A DNA stretch of 64,000 bases. Source: Eledone cirrhosa (taxonomy: Eukaryota). The DNA lies in NCBI GenBank assembly GCA_964016885.1, contig OZ024743.1:305536001-305600000 (forward strand). Direction: 5' to 3'. The translations under genes and the position numbers were made by a program. Position 1 is the stretch's first letter; each line of letters begins with the position of its first letter. This document shows, in pieces, positions 47,203 to 63,480 of this stretch. The notes below the pieces were generated by a model. The model was not told where the DNA came from. It saw only the letters and a list, made by a program, of their open reading frames with translations, and made no database searches.

Positions 47203-47964
47203 AGTCGACTCCCTTTTAAGTTTTATCTCGAGTGCCAACCATTAAAGACTATAAAAAAAACACTCTGAAAAATACACACTCCTATGATATTTATCCTTTG
47301 CTTCTACACCTAAAAAGTAGGGGAAACGTAACATCGATTATATCGACTCCAGTTCTTTAATGGTACTTAATTTTATGGACCCAGGGAAGATAAAAAGCAA
47401 AGTTGACTTGGGTGGGATTTTAAATTCGGCTAAGCATTTGTCCAATGTTCTAGCGCCACTCCAGGACCCTAACTTAAAAAGATATAAAGCAATTGAAATA
47501 TCCCAAAGCCTTATGGCCTGCTAAATCCACAAGCATACATATAAAAAGCTAAGGGTCTGAATTAATTATTGTACCCACTAGTGTCTACTACTATAAATAT
47601 GAAAACATACCATAATCATACCTATGAAAGGCCTGTGGTGTAGATTAATTACTCTTCCCACCAGTATCTACAGCTACTACTAAATTATGACCTTCTAAAA
47701 CCACAAACATACATACGAAAAGCCTGGGGTGTAAATTAATTACTGTATCCACAAGTATCTACAACTACTCATACCAAAATCATCAAATATCTAGAAAGCA
47801 ATTCTAAAAAGCAACAACAGCCCTAGTGAATGAACAGATCCAGCATGATCCTTTGCCCACTCTCAAACATATTAGAAAGACTCATCTTTGGTATCACTAA
47901 ACCTCACATTCACAACTCACAGTTCAAATTCAAATCACAAGCCTTCACTTATCAAATAAAACAG

Positions 47965-48310
47965 TCGTTTGCTATTATGCTCATATCATGTGGAATTGAG
48001 GATGCTCATCTACGCTGGTAGGAGTACAGAACAATATCTGGGAAGACTATACCTAGACCGAAGACATGATAACAATATGTATATGGAATGGACCCCCAGA
48101 ATTTACAATCAAGCTTTGTGTGACCTGTCCCATCAAGTCGAGGCAATGAATAGCATATTAGCTAATTGTGGGATATCATAGCCATATACAGAAATGGAAG
48201 GAACCTAAGAAATATTTCAGGAAACAAACTATGATATTGAAGATCTGCGTAAGTTTGTGGATGAAAATGGACTTTTTGAAAAAGACTCCAAAGACAAGAT
48301 TCAGTTATCA
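47965..48310 (+). mobile_element. Degenerate Helitron Rep/Hel fragment
   Basis: FAIMLISCGIEDAHLRW / IYNQALCDLSHQVEAM..LANCG / FQETNYDIEDL parallels LFDILLHVCELSDPYSLW / IYSRALIDIEDSVASM..LEKYG / REMSYDVDDI in the Helitron at 53023-53595. Confidence 0.6.
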
Positions 48311-48930
48311 TAAATAAATAAATAATAACTGGAGAATTTTAACCAGTGTTTAAATGATTAAATGTTTAGTTTTATCAATTAAATTATCAATTAAATTATT
48401 GAGATCTATACATAAAAAATTGAGATCTATATATTATTAAAAAAAAAAAAAATTTAATTGATAAACTAAACATTTAATCATATTTAAACACTGGTTAAAA
48501 TTCTCCAGTTATTATTATTTATTTATTTTCTATTCACGCTTATTTACTCTTCTTTACTCATTCAATAAATATTTATTTTTTCACTTCATCTTAAAAGTTA
48601 CGCTAATACAACAACCTATCACTTAGAGCTTTCTCTTTCTCTTTCTCATTTTTTTCTCTTTTTCCTTCTCTTTCTCTTTCTCTTTTTCTTGTTTTCTTAT
48701 TTTCCTCTTAGAGTTTGCTCTTTTTTCTCTTTTTTTTCTCTTTCTTTTCTTTCCCTTTCTCCATACCCCAGCGGCTTATTTGAAATCTACTGTGATTTAA
48801 ACATATTCGACACTAATTTGCATAATAGAATAAATAAATTTAATAACCCCACTATCCGGGAGCTTCCAACAGAAATGGTCGCATTCTTTAAGGGTATGTC
48901 AATATTTATTTATAAAACTGATCTATATTA

Positions 48931-48995
48931 TATTTTATCTGATGAAAGCACGCCATAATTTAACTTGGTGTCCTTGAAATATGTATAATGAAATA
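48931..48995 (+). ncRNA. Type I hammerhead ribozyme
   Basis: TATTTTAT-CTGATGA-AAGCACGCCA...TGGTGTCCTT-GAAA-TATGTA-TA-ATGAAATA. Confidence 0.78.
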
Positions 48996-49064
48996 AATAT
49001 GGTTTTATAAATATAGTTTCCATTTGTTAATATATCGTATGTTTATATATATATATATTTGCGC

Positions 49065-49114
<50 letters not shown>

Positions 49115-49423
49115 ATGCGTGTGAAATGGTGAAAGAAAGAGAGAGAACACAAAGAAGTGCTGAACAATACACAGTCTACGAATAATAGACACATATCATT
49201 TTAGAAACGAAATATTTTGATTGGTTGAATTATACACAACATCAATTGTATATCTCAAACACAACTTGTCTTTCCAGAGACAGCGATAAGGTAAGACATA
49301 AATTCATGCCTCCCTAATATTGTATGGTTGCACTCTGAATATTTGTATTGTGTTTATTAATATATGTAATATATCATATATATATATATATATATATATA
49401 TAGATAGATAGATAGATAGATAT

Positions 49424-50220
49424 GTTTCTTTATTAGCCACAGGGGCCTAAAAGAAGGGGACAAATACAAAGGGAGACGTTTACATACAATAAAAACATGT
49501 AAAATACTATCACAAATGCAATTTAAAAATTAATCGATTTTCCCCAATAGGGGGAGACATTTCATATGGGCAAACACATACCCCCGAAAAAATGTGCATC
49601 CCTCAACTCCAGGAGTACGAAGAGTTTGTACCCCTTTCCTCTCTTCCTCTTTTTCCTCAACCTACAGGCTGATATAGAGAGAAGGCCCATTCACTCGGGC
49701 CATTCTCGCCACTTTCACCCACCTTTCATAAAATTTGCTGGGGTACAGCACCTATCTCTCCATCCTGATCCTTCTTCCAAAGTGGTATTTGAAAAAAAGA
49801 ATCAGTTGTTGGCCGGAGAGAAAGGTGTCTGACCTCAGCCTTTTTAACCTCGTCCAACATACAACCTCTTTCGCCATAGCTATCACACAAAGTAAATCCG
49901 CCTCTCCTTCGTTTTTGAAGGAGGGTGGTGGTTTGATCATGTCAATGGACTCGGTGGTCAACCGGATTGGTCCCACCCGCGACAATAGTCGTTCTACATA
50001 GCCCCACAGGTCGGTAACGCCCGGACAGTGTATGAATGCGTGTGAGACGGTTTCTTCGTCTCGCACGTATCTCGGACAGATCTTTTTCGAAAGGTCCCTG
50101 CCCGGGTGCCCATGTCTGTGGAGCTTGCCTCGAACTGGTAGAGCTCCTCGGTAGCACTGGCAGGCCAGGGACCTTGGAAGTTGTCCATCGGTCTCGGGCG
50201 GAAGGTCCTAACGAACAGAC
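49424..50220 (-). mobile_element. 3' end of an L1/Tx1-clade LINE (C-terminal CCHC zinc-knuckle region + 3' UTR)
   Basis: It encodes RC(frameshift)MRDEETVSHAFIHCPGVTDLW. AATAAA and a (TATC)n tail lie at the minus-strand end. Confidence 0.72.
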
Positions 50221-50685
50221 TGTGTGTACGCGTGTACCAATGAGAGCGTGTGTGCGTGTGCGTGTATATGTATCTATATGTATGTATGTGTGTATATATG
50301 TATATATATATGTGTATATATATATATATATATATGTATGTTTATATCTCTATATATATGTATACGTATGTATGTACACACACATATATATATATATGTA
50401 TATGTGTATGTATATATTTGTACATATGTATGTGTGTATGTACCATTATGTATGTTTGTTGTGTGTGTGCCTGCCTGTGTGTGCATGCGTGTATATGTGT
50501 GTACGTCTGTAAGTGGGCGCGTGTGTAAATGGGTTTGTCGACACCTGGAATATATATTAAGAGGAACTTCACTGTAGGGGGTTCACCCCAACACTTGAAT
50601 CTGTTGATGGAACCCTTTCTTCCTTTGTCATCCTTATTTCAGCCTTAAAGAATTAGCTTCTAAAGAATTTCCCTTTTCTTTAAAA

Positions 50686-52492
<1,807 letters not shown>

Positions 52493-52920
52493 GTATCATC
52501 ATCATCATCATCATTTAACGTCCGTGTTCCACGCTTGCATGGGTTTGGACGGGGGTTTTCCCACTTGAGGCAAGAGTGATTGTCTTGCTCGCATAGGACT
52601 GTCTGGCGGGTTTTCTACAGCTGGATGCCCTTCCTAACACCAACCACATTTACAGTGCGGGGCTGGGAGGTTTTTACCGTGTTGCCTACACGGCCACATT
52701 ACAGCGTGGACTGTGTGTTTTTTGTCGTGACACCTACACGATCTCATTTGTTTCGGCCTGGATGTTGTGGCACCGACATAACTTTACATTGAAAGGGGCG
52801 GTGTGGATGGGGTGGGGTGGTTGGACGGGGGTGTATTTTGTTAGAGATGCCTACTGACTGTAGTAGGTTTTACTTTGATGTATATATATACAGACGTCCG
52901 TAACTCAGCAATTGACTTAA

Positions 52921-55900
52921 CGCACCTGCCTCCAGGTGCGTCCAGGAAGAATATACCTCCTCCCTGATTACAGATGGAATCAATAACAATGTTGTAGGCT
53001 TGTTTTTGATCCAGTAGAAATGTCATATGATGTCGTCGACATCATATGACATTTCACGTATAATATCGTTGGGAATTCCAGATGGCGCTTCTCGAAGTGT
53101 TTGCGGAAGCCCATATTTCTCCAAGACATCTCCGCCCATTGAAGCCACGCTGTCTTCAATATCGATCAGAGCTCTGCTATATATAGTGTCTGAAAATCCG
53201 ACATCTAAGTTTGGAGATTGCAATTGAGCGAGACGCCTATATTCGTCTGCGAAATCATCTTTAAACTTTTGCCATAAAGAATAAGGATCGCTCAATTCAC
53301 AGACGTGCAAGAGGATATCAAAAAGTGCCCTTAGACTACGGGATGATTGTGGGATGGTGGCTTCCGTCAAGGTTGCATTCCATTGTGCGTTATCTTCTAA
53401 AAGTCCACGCCTCAAGCAGGCTTCCCTGTACGTTCCGCAGGCGAATCCATCGACGGTTCTCAGATGAGTGAAGCTGGTCGGCCCTCTTACCTCATGAAGC
53501 TGAAGTCGCAGGTAGAAGCATTCGTGTTGGGTAGGGTGGACCGTATAAACTTGGCCAAGGCAATTGTCGAATTTGATGCCTGGATGTCCAACCACCTCTT
53601 GCCCTAACTTCCTTCGTAGCCATTTTGTCCGGTTCCATGTATAGTAAGACGGTATTTCAGAATACAGCAGAGTTCGAGCGAAGATGTCGTGTTGACAAAG
53701 TTGGAAAAAGCGCTGAGTGTAGTTTCCTTTTTCGAGTTCGCTAGCTGAGCAGATGTTGCATTGTTGAAATACACCTGTTGACCGTTTTCAAGGTGAACAG
53801 CAAGTTGTTTCATGACGGGGTGTCGTTGGTGCAGTGGGAAGCCAAACATGCGCCAAAAGGCTTCATTGCTGCTAATGTATCGGCCTGCTTGGTAGTCAGA
53901 TGCCTCGTTTCTACTGTTTTCACGACGAAGACCAAAGACGGCAGCATCCGATCCCTTGTTTACGTACTTACAAACGTATTTAATTGATGTTACTGAGTTG
54001 CAAAATTCGACGTTTATATGGGCGTTGAACGCTTTCAAGAGGAGGGGGCAATATCGAACTATCCAGCTGTTGTCGATTTCGCGTTCGCCAACTTTTGCTG
54101 TGAACCCACCGTATTCAGGTCTCCTGCGCCTATACAAGAGATATCCGTCACCGCCTGTCTGTGTTTCCTGTAAAAACGGCCTGGGATATTGTTTTGTACA
54201 ATTTCCGTCGTGTATGCACGGGAACATCATATTGAGTCCATGTCTGCAAGGACCATGGACCATGTTTGATGTGACTATAGAAAAGAGGTCCTTGTCAATC
54301 GACGGATCAGGTAGTTCGGTAGAAATGAATTTGTCGATGTAGTTTGAACTGATTTTTGTAACCAACCAAATCAATATATGGGCATGCGGCAGCCCTCGTT
54401 TCTGCCATTCAACCGTGTACATGTCGCACTTGACAGGCTCAAAAACCTGTCCTTTCTTTAATAAATCCATTAATTTGGATAATTTCAGGCGAAACACTCT
54501 TGCTATGAGATCGTGCCTGTGTCTTGGCGCTTGACCGTGGAACAGTTCGTTTGTAATCTCCTTCCACGTGGGATTGCATGTAAACGTTATGAAAAGGTCG
54601 AGGCGTCCATAATGTTGTACGTAAGTCATGGCGTCCTGAGTCCTCTCGTGCATGTATAGGGGCCCCCCTGTGAACGTTGAAGGCAAAATACACACTTGCC
54701 CTAAATTGTTTGGGGATACGTCGTTGTTAATTCCATCGCGTAGATGAATCTAGAATTCAGATTGAAGTTTCTTTTGATTTAATTTAATGAACCATAATCT
54801 TTCGGACTCCATTTTAACGGCCATATAAACAGCAAATTGTTGGAAAAGGTTGAATGAATTGTCCCTTACCATAAATCGGAAAGCGTAGAAATCCATTCTG
54901 GTGACAGTTTTGCTAAGATGTGCCTCACCATTATTTGCTGAATGTTGAGGAATGCCGAAATGGTATCCGTCCTCGCGGTTGACAAATAGCAATGGTTACT
55001 GGAGTGGATCGTATGACCTGTGTGTCTCATTGATACGCTGTAATGTGCTGTCTCGGTGCTGTTCACCACAAAAAGCCGCAGCAATCTCGTTACATATTGG
55101 TGCGTTGAACCGACCAGGGTGTTCTCCAGATGGTCTTCGGTCAGCATGTATGACGATTACTAAATTTTGGGTCGGTGGCTGTTTCCAAAGCGTACTTGAA
55201 ACTGCGAACATAGCTGTTTTTGTCATGAAGCTTTTCTTGAAGTTTTATTATGGTTTCAATGTTAATTTCGGACGAAATAGAATTTTGAATCTCTGCCTGC
55301 TCCTGATAGTTTCCAACGTAGTATAACTGAAGAAATTGAGGATCCTTTTCTGCAGAGGCTGAATAGACCCAATCAAGTGGTGGATCTGCCCCTAGACCTT
55401 GAAAGTTGGCATGAATCCACGTTCCGAGGCAGCTTTGCTCCGAAGGATGTCATCTGAAACGCAGAGTTATAGCGGCGGATATTACGCAGAAATTTCGACG
55501 ATTCCTCCGTCGTGTCTGTCAAAAGGAGTTGCAATGTCCCTGGAGGGTCGTGAAGAGGAAGTAGTCCAACTTTACCGTTTGAACAGCACATTCCATCTTT
55601 CTCCCCTGGCCAATTATTCGTACGACAAATCTGGCAAGTAGAAGTCATTTCCCCAATTTGAATATCTGCATGGATGGAGTAGTTGAAGGAGGGGTCGTAG
55701 TTAAAGGCCTTCAACAACCATCGTGAATTGCAAGTCCTAGAAATGCCATGTAACGATGATCGCCGCTGTTCACTTTGTAGAAGTCGGCCAGTATTTCGTG
55801 CAGCAGCAGTGGCAGCGGCGTCCCTGCTACGTCAAACGGCGCGTCATCCTTCATCTTCTCGAGCGCGAGCAGCGGATGTTGCAGCGGCGTCCCTGCTTCG

Positions 55901-58204
55901 TCGAACGGCACATCGTCTTCATCCTCTCGAGCGCGAGCAGCTGCGATCGTGACAGCATCTTTGTTCCGTCGAAGTTCACGCCGACTGTCATCCTCCTCCT
56001 CTCTTGCAGCTACCGTCTGCACAGCATTCTGTGATAGCCTGATCGCAGTCGCATTTACATCTTCGGTGAGACCCCTTCGCTTAGATCTAATTGCATCATT
56101 AGATAATCGACTAATGAAAGTTATTTTCTTGGTGGGGGCATTGTTTTTAGAAAATTAACCAGGGAGAACGATAAATAGTGGACAAATAACGTTTAAGTTA
56201 GCAAATCTAAACACGGATATAAATTATGAAAAAATGTAGTCTGAGAAAGTGGGTATGTTTTGCAAGATTTTGTGTACCAGTCAAATTTCAGGTTTTAAGT
56301 TAGGAGAAACGCAGCGTACGTACTACCTGTCATAAAGGAAATTAAATAATGTGGCTACAGTGGTAGGTATATAAGTGTCAGTATGTTTGTTCAGTTCGAA
56401 CATAGCAATAAGTAAGTACTAACCATTGAAATGTTACAGGCAAAAATGGCCGAAAAATCACAGCATGAAACACTGGAAACTTATGACCATAAACACATTA
56501 ACTAAACCTCCTTTAAGGTGACAAATGTTGAAGAAGCATGCGTTTCAGAAACATGGGGTACTTATGAGCGTACGCATGTAAAAAAACCTACCACTTGTTA
56601 AAAGCCAAAAAAGAAGTGTGATCCTAGATCAGACTTGACCGATATAAATAGGAATGATTTCGCTCAATGAACAACACTCGAGTTGTTTGATTGGTTAGAA
56701 AATATAAATAAGTGTGATAAAATCTACTGAACACAACTCACTGATGTGTGGTTGGCCAGGAGTCATCATTTCGAATTTAATTGAGGTGCAATTAAACGAG
56801 GGAGACAACCGGGTGAAAAAACTAATCAATCATTCGCACAGTTTAGGCATGAGTGTGAAATAGCACGATCCACATACAGTAGGCGTTAAAATTTACACCT
56901 GGGTTAAATCTCGTTTTCTTGGTTAGGAGTGTGAAATGACGCCAAAGTTCAAGGGGAAAAATTTAACTCCCAATTCCGCACTTAATTGTGGTGCAATTAC
57001 ACGGGGGAGACAACCGGGTGCAAAATGAAATTCAATCATCCTAAAGTTAACTAAACAAACTAAAGTTAAGTCAGGGGTATTTAAAAATTCGCTACTTCAT
57101 TTGTAGGATATGAGTAACCGATGCGTCAACTTTCGTTTAAATTGACCTTTATTTCCAGAAGTTGAAATACTTTGCTGCGACCATAATATGAACTTTAAAA
57201 GTGGTCCAAAGGGGCTCACTGCCCGCCCTAGGTGGTTCCCTTGCAAAATTCAAGTGATAATGAATGTGTGGTGCTTTATCTTATGGCAGGCAATAACCAT
57301 TTCGTTTAGTTTTTGTAAGAATCAAGTATAAACTCAAGAGCTTATAATGTTTTTTTATAGTGGAAATTTGAACTTTTATAGGTTAATGAATTGGGCTCAT
57401 TGTCCCCGAGGGGGTCTTCTTGCTAAATTGAAATGAAAGTAAATGTTCATCACTGTATCTTCATCTGTAGTACATGAATAACAACTAAGTCAAAATTCAT
57501 TTTATTGGACTACCAATTATCGAAGCTATGAGGCTTTGCTGCATTACAATAGCCAAATTCAATAAATGACTCGCCGGGGCTTACGCCGGGTATAGACAGT
57601 GTCTTCAACAACATCTTTGGGCAATGAGTAACCAATGTGTCCGGTAAAGTTAAAATCGAACGTAAACTTCAAACGTTATCAGGTACTAATACAGTGTTAA
57701 TGTGAACTTCAATAGATAAGTCGAAGGGGCTTACTGCTCTCCACCGTGGGGGGTCCCTTGATAAGTTCAAGTAAAAGTTAATGTGTTAACCTTCCTTTAT
57801 AATCCATGGGTAACCAATACGTCTCGCTTCGTGAAAACCAAACACCAACTCAAGCAGTTATGACGTTCTGTTGCGTTGATGATATCAACTTCAACATTCA
57901 TCAGGTCCTGAATTTCTCTTTGTAGGCCATAAGCAAATAAAAGATTAATTTTAGTGAAGATGGAAGGCAAGCTGCAGGAATTGTGGGGCCTTTATGCAGT
58001 AATAATGCTGACTCCAAGCGAGAGGCTTAAGGAGGTTATCTGCCTCTGGTGGCCCCACAATCGATGTAGGGGAAAATAGCCTACGACGGGTAATAGGACT
58101 TCAGCAACCTATGTATGAAATTTGGTGCAAATCGGTTCTAAAATGTAGAAATGCATGCGGTTACACAGACAGACAGACATCTTCTGTTTTATATATATTA
58201 TATT
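52921..58204 (-). mobile_element. Decayed autonomous Helitron (Rep/Hel), truncated at the helicase Walker A
   Basis: It has the zinc-finger CQIC...CCSNG, YNSAFQMTSFG, ILPSTFTGGP, LFITFTCNP, the HUH motif VEWQKRGLPHAHIL, KYVCKYVNKG and FFLDAPGG, where it stops. A 5'-end-like TAATATATATAAAA...(TGTC)n lies at ~58200. Confidence 0.93.
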
Positions 58205-58205
58205 A

Positions 58206-59228
58206 CTAGCAGTAGTACCCAGCGTTGCCTGGGTAGGTAAAATAATATCTGCTTTGATGAAAAGGTGTTGATCTTAGCGACTGCTTCTCGATGACACATC
58301 TATGGCCACACACGAGCCATGCCGGGGAGGATGGTGATGACCTCTATCACTGAGAAACGCGGGTGACTTACGAAGGCGCATGCTGGGGGAGGGAGGTATT
58401 GACCTCTAACACTAAGTTGAATTTCGTTACGCTACTTGATTGGAAACCGATGAATTCTCAAATACACAACTAAAAGCTCAGACGACGTCAGTGGCCATCG
58501 TTTTGCCTTTGACCATCTATAAGATGTGCAATGATAGGTTCTATCGTGGTATAAAAGTTGAACAAAATAAATTGATTTATGTGTGAGATGGAGCACAAGT
58601 TTCGAATTTGAACGAAATCGGTTGGAAAATGTGGGAGCTAGAGCCGAAAAGGCGGAAATTTTAGCGAAAAGGTGGTATTTTCGAATATTTAAGCGGCTGT
58701 GACTCCGTTCCTGAACAAAACATCCAAAACGTAAAGCCATTTTAAGACGTGAAATAATCAGATCTAACGGAGTGTAAAATTTGAATAAAGTAGGTTGATT
58801 AATGTGGGAGCTAGAGCCTAAAAAGTGGAAATTTGAGTCTAAAAGTGGTATTTTTGATATTTAAGCGGCTGCCACGCCGTCCCTGAACAATAAATGCAAA
58901 ATATAAAGCCTTTACAGGATGTGCAATGATAAATTCTATTTTTCTTTACAATTTGAACGAAATCGGTTGCAAAATTTGGGAGCTAAAGCCAAAAATCTTA
59001 CTTTTCGATATCTTAAAAAAGGTGACCCCCTTATCGATTTTTATCTGCAGAATGACCCCAGAATAAAAAAAAAACCATAGGCTGATATACAGGAAACACT
59101 CCCCGATGACTAATCTATCAGCCTATAAAGTTACATGAAAATCGGTCGTAAGATGTAGGCTCCTAAAATTAAGTATGTGTGTGTGTCCTACACAGACACA
59201 CACACATACTTAATTTTATATATACAGA
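58206..59228 (-). mobile_element. Complete non-autonomous Helitron
   Basis: On the minus strand it starts A|TCTGTATATATAAAA and ends with the hairpin ACCCAG-GCAACG-CTGGGT, 7 nt, then CTAG|T. It has internal ~173-bp tandem repeats (~58605, 58778, 58950). Confidence 0.88.
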
Positions 59229-59434
59229 TTTTAGTTATACTCCCCCATGTCTTTACACACCCACCATGTTTTAAGTATATATACGTTTTTATTTTTATTT
59301 TTATGTCATTTTTGTAATTGAGTGTGTTTTCTTACTTAGTTCCATTATATTGTTTGTCTTAAGTATGTCTATAACTATACATATGTATGCATGCGTATAC
59401 GTGTGTACACGTACGTGCGGGTATGTATGGATGT

Positions 59435-59495
<61 letters not shown>

Positions 59496-59529
59496 TATAC
59501 ATATATATATACATATAATACCCACAAAC

Positions 59530-59795
59530 ATAGTTTTAAAAATGCCGCATTAGCTAATACAACATCATTGGCCGAAACAATTAATAATTATAGAAAAAGA
59601 ATATCGATTACAACCTGACCTGGGGTGTGATCAAAAGGGCCACCCCTTATCAAAATAACAGATATGAGTGTAGATTATGCTCCCAGGAACTTTTTGAAAT
59701 AATGGAATCTAAGGATATCCTGTTAAATAAGCGACAAGAATTAATTATATCTTGCAATCATAGAATTAGAAGAACTTTCAAATATTATAAACCTA
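59530..59795 (+). mobile_element. Naiad-like PLE endonuclease C-terminal remnant
   Basis: IDYNLTWGVIKRATPYQ and LLNKRQELIISCNHR resemble the EN ends of the other Naiad-like copies. Confidence 0.65.
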
Positions 59796-60813
59796 ATTAA
59801 TATACACCTTACACTTTTATTTTACATATTATTATAATTAATTTTTTTAATTTAGTTAACCTATAATTCGTACTTTATTACAGAGAACTTCATAATTTTA
59901 TTCCCTCTCACAGCTCTCTTTTCCTAAAATTAATACCTAAAAGTATACATATAAATTAATTTAATTTCCTGTTATGAATCTAAATTCCTTGTAGTCTATA
60001 TAAGATTAGTATTTCTCACTACTACATTTATGCCAAAATTTTATTTTCCTTCGTTTTAAAAAACATTCTTTAATAACATATAATTCTTATTTATCACATC
60101 CATATGAATTAATATAAATTTATCCCTATCAATTAATTTAATTTCTTGTATTAGATTTAAATTCCTTGTGTGTTAAATAAGATTGGTATTTCTCACTAAC
60201 ACCTTTACCCTAACATTTTATTCTCCTTCGGTTTTAACATTAACATTATTCTTTAATAGCATCAAATGTTCGTGTACCTTTCACCGGCTTGATCTCTTTT
60301 CATCCCCAAAGTATTCTTTTCATTCAAAGTAATCTTTCCATTCAAAGCTTAAGTCTGCATTCCTCTACCCCTAAATTAAATTTCTACTACTACTATTCTA
60401 TCAACTTGACCTCTTACTACTTTTCTATTGGTCAATTCAAAACCTGTTCCCAAACAGACCTATTATATTAAATCTTTGTTGTTTTTTTTTCAATAAACAA
60501 ATATCATTATTTCTGTCCCTTTATGATCTAAGTTCAAATCCCGCCGAGGTTAACTTTGGCTTTCATCCTTACGGGGTCGATAAAATAAAGTACCAGTAAT
60601 TGCTGGCCTTGTGCCTAAAATAGAAACAATTATTTCTGAAAACACCATATATATGTGAAGATATGTGTATTTCCTCTGATAGTTTGTAAAATTTTTACAT
60701 AGATCTATTTGATATACATACCAACACACATATATATCCGAGAAACGATCATAAAATAATCAATTTTTTAATATAAGGAACTTGTTCTTTGTTTGTATTC
60801 ATTGTTTTTATTA

Positions 60814-60911
<98 letters not shown>

Positions 60912-61428
60912 TTAAAAGAATAGAGGTGTAACACACGAGTTATGATATATTAGTAAAAGGAAATGAAAATGCTGACAAATTTTTCCCAGTGAAAAATATT
61001 TTAATTAGGATTAAGTATAAATTAGTAATAAGTATTGGTTAGTATTCAGTTTTAGTTTTAAGTTTTTACCGGTTGCACATTTCTAATGCTTTTCAAAAAT
61101 AATTTTGAGATAGAGCGCCTGTGATGTTTGCTCTAATCTGATCAGTTTTGGAAATTCTTCCTGTTTTATGTGAAAAAAGTGGCTCCAGAGGTATTAACAT
61201 TTGGTTGGTTGTTGAATGTCACGTAAAAGTATATATATATATATACTTATGTGCATGTGCGCGTGTCTAACTGTGTGTGGCTGTATGCACGAGTGTGTGT
61301 GTACATGTACTTGTGTTATGTCCCCTTCCTTATATTGTATGTAGGCTTATATGTGTGTACGTTTTTTGTATATTTACGGGTACTTTTACGTGTGTATACA
61401 TATGTGTAATTATGTGGTTGTCTGTCTC

Positions 61429-61486
<58 letters not shown>

Positions 61487-61528
61487 CGTGTATAGGCTTC
61501 TGTGGGTGTATGTGTGTGTATGTGTATA

Positions 61529-61566
<38 letters not shown>

Positions 61567-61593
61567 GAGTGTGTGTGTGCATGTATACGTTTA

Positions 61594-61641
<48 letters not shown>

Positions 61642-61668
61642 GAGTGTGTGTGTGCATGTATACGTTTA

Positions 61669-61727
<59 letters not shown>

Positions 61728-62246
61728 AAAAATTGAACGGGAACAAAACAGAGAGGCAGTACGAACAAAGGTTTATTAGTTTCACGCTCTTGAGAGTGGT
61801 GGTGATATATATATATACGTATGTTTGTATATATATGTATATATATACATTTGTGTGTGTAAATATATATATTTATTAATCCCCTCCCCACCTTTCGGTG
61901 TCAACCCGTCCCTTTCTGCTTTCATTTTATTTCCTATCCTTGATTTTTTATTTTATTTATTTATATCTGGTCCCCCTGCTACTTCCCAATGTATCGTTGC
62001 GCATATGTGAGTGGAAGATCACACGCATATATGTGTATCTGTATTTCTATGCAGACGCACATATATTTATGTGTGAATGTATATGTTTACGTTGTATTAC
62101 GTATATAAGTGAGTTTGTGTATGTATTTGGATATTTATATATTAATTTTTTTTCTAAATAATTTTTTGCCCGTTATTTTATTTCAGCCTCACTTTCATTT
62201 ATCCTATACTCTATTTTCAAATTCATATTACTACTTCATAAATAAA

Positions 62247-62315
62247 TATTTTTTCTGATGAATGAAGACAGACATAAATATCTGTCTTCAAGAAACCACT
62301 GGTAAATGAAATAAT
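62247..62315 (+). ncRNA. Type I hammerhead ribozyme
   Basis: CTGATGA-A-TGAAGACAGA(CATAAATA)TCTGTCTTCA-A-GAAA-CCACTGG-TA, with a weak helix I. The downstream sequence is related to the 41925 family. Confidence 0.7.
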
Positions 62316-62663
62316 TATCTTATGTTGTTTATTACATAACTAAAAAGCTCTGTAGCCTACATAGAGCACTCTCTTTTCCTTTACCTTTCCTACGGAAATT
62401 TATATATACATTTATATATATATATATTATCTTAGTTTTTCAAATAATAATAATAATATTCGATTCGTTTGCAATTATGCAGTTCTGTTTACATGCCAAC
62501 ACAAGAGCAATAATGACGGGTCATTCTACTGATATGGCTTTAAAGAGGCTGCTTGCATAATTACAATCGAGTGGAATATCCTTATTGTTAATATTCGAAA
62601 AGCTCAGATTACATTTATTGTATTCAACCATGTAGAGCGATAAACTATTTGTTTGTTGCATAT

Positions 62664-62965
62664 ATAATATAATAATACAAGGACGATTTGTTAAGCCTTC
62701 ATTACGCTTATTGTTTGGTGATGCACATTTCACTATTGATCAGCTCAAAGTTCGATATGTATCGATCTGGCCCGAATCTGGAATCAAAAACTCGTCGGAC
62801 CTCTGCTGGTCATTACAACAGCACAGGTCCGACGAGCTTTCGATTCCAGAGTCGGGCCAGATCGTTACAGATCGAACTTTGAGCTGATCAATGGCGAAAC
62901 GCGCGTCACCAAACAATAAATGTAACGAAGGCTTAACAAATCATACTTGTATTATCATATTATTA
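62664..62965. repeat. ~300-bp imperfect palindrome carrying an HHR 3' half (GAAA-CGCGCG-TC)
   Basis: The arms are reverse complements centred at ~62813. GAAACGCGCGTC lies at 62896-62907. Confidence 0.85.
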
Positions 62966-63293
62966 TATTACTCTCTGTCTAGCTTTACACCTCGTTACTG
63001 ACGTGAACCTAAACATCGATTGATCATCTGGGTGAACCTACAGTAACTTCACGTTACACTACATGGATATATATATAGATATAGATATATATTACCATCT
63101 TTGTTTGTTTACTGTCTCGCTCGTTCCCCCTATTTACGTATCCCAACGACTTTCTTTAGCCGTTGCTCGCACCAACCAGAGGTATATGGTCGTTAAAGTG
63201 ATGAAATACTAATGAAGGCTGGAAGATCACTGATGAAGGACTAAATTTATTCATATGTAACCCATTTGCAACCACGCAGCACGCCATGTTTTC

Positions 63294-63420
<127 letters not shown>

Positions 63421-63431
63421 TGTGTGTGTGT

Positions 63432-63480
<49 letters not shown>

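Noticed and set aside
47825-47910. RT fragment (ILCPLSNILERLI)
   Set aside because: It resembles a LINE RT motif but is too short and degenerate to call.
61060-61225. hAT transposase dimerisation-domain remnant (EEFPKLIRL, minus strand)
   Set aside because: There is only one weak motif, with no TIRs or further homology.
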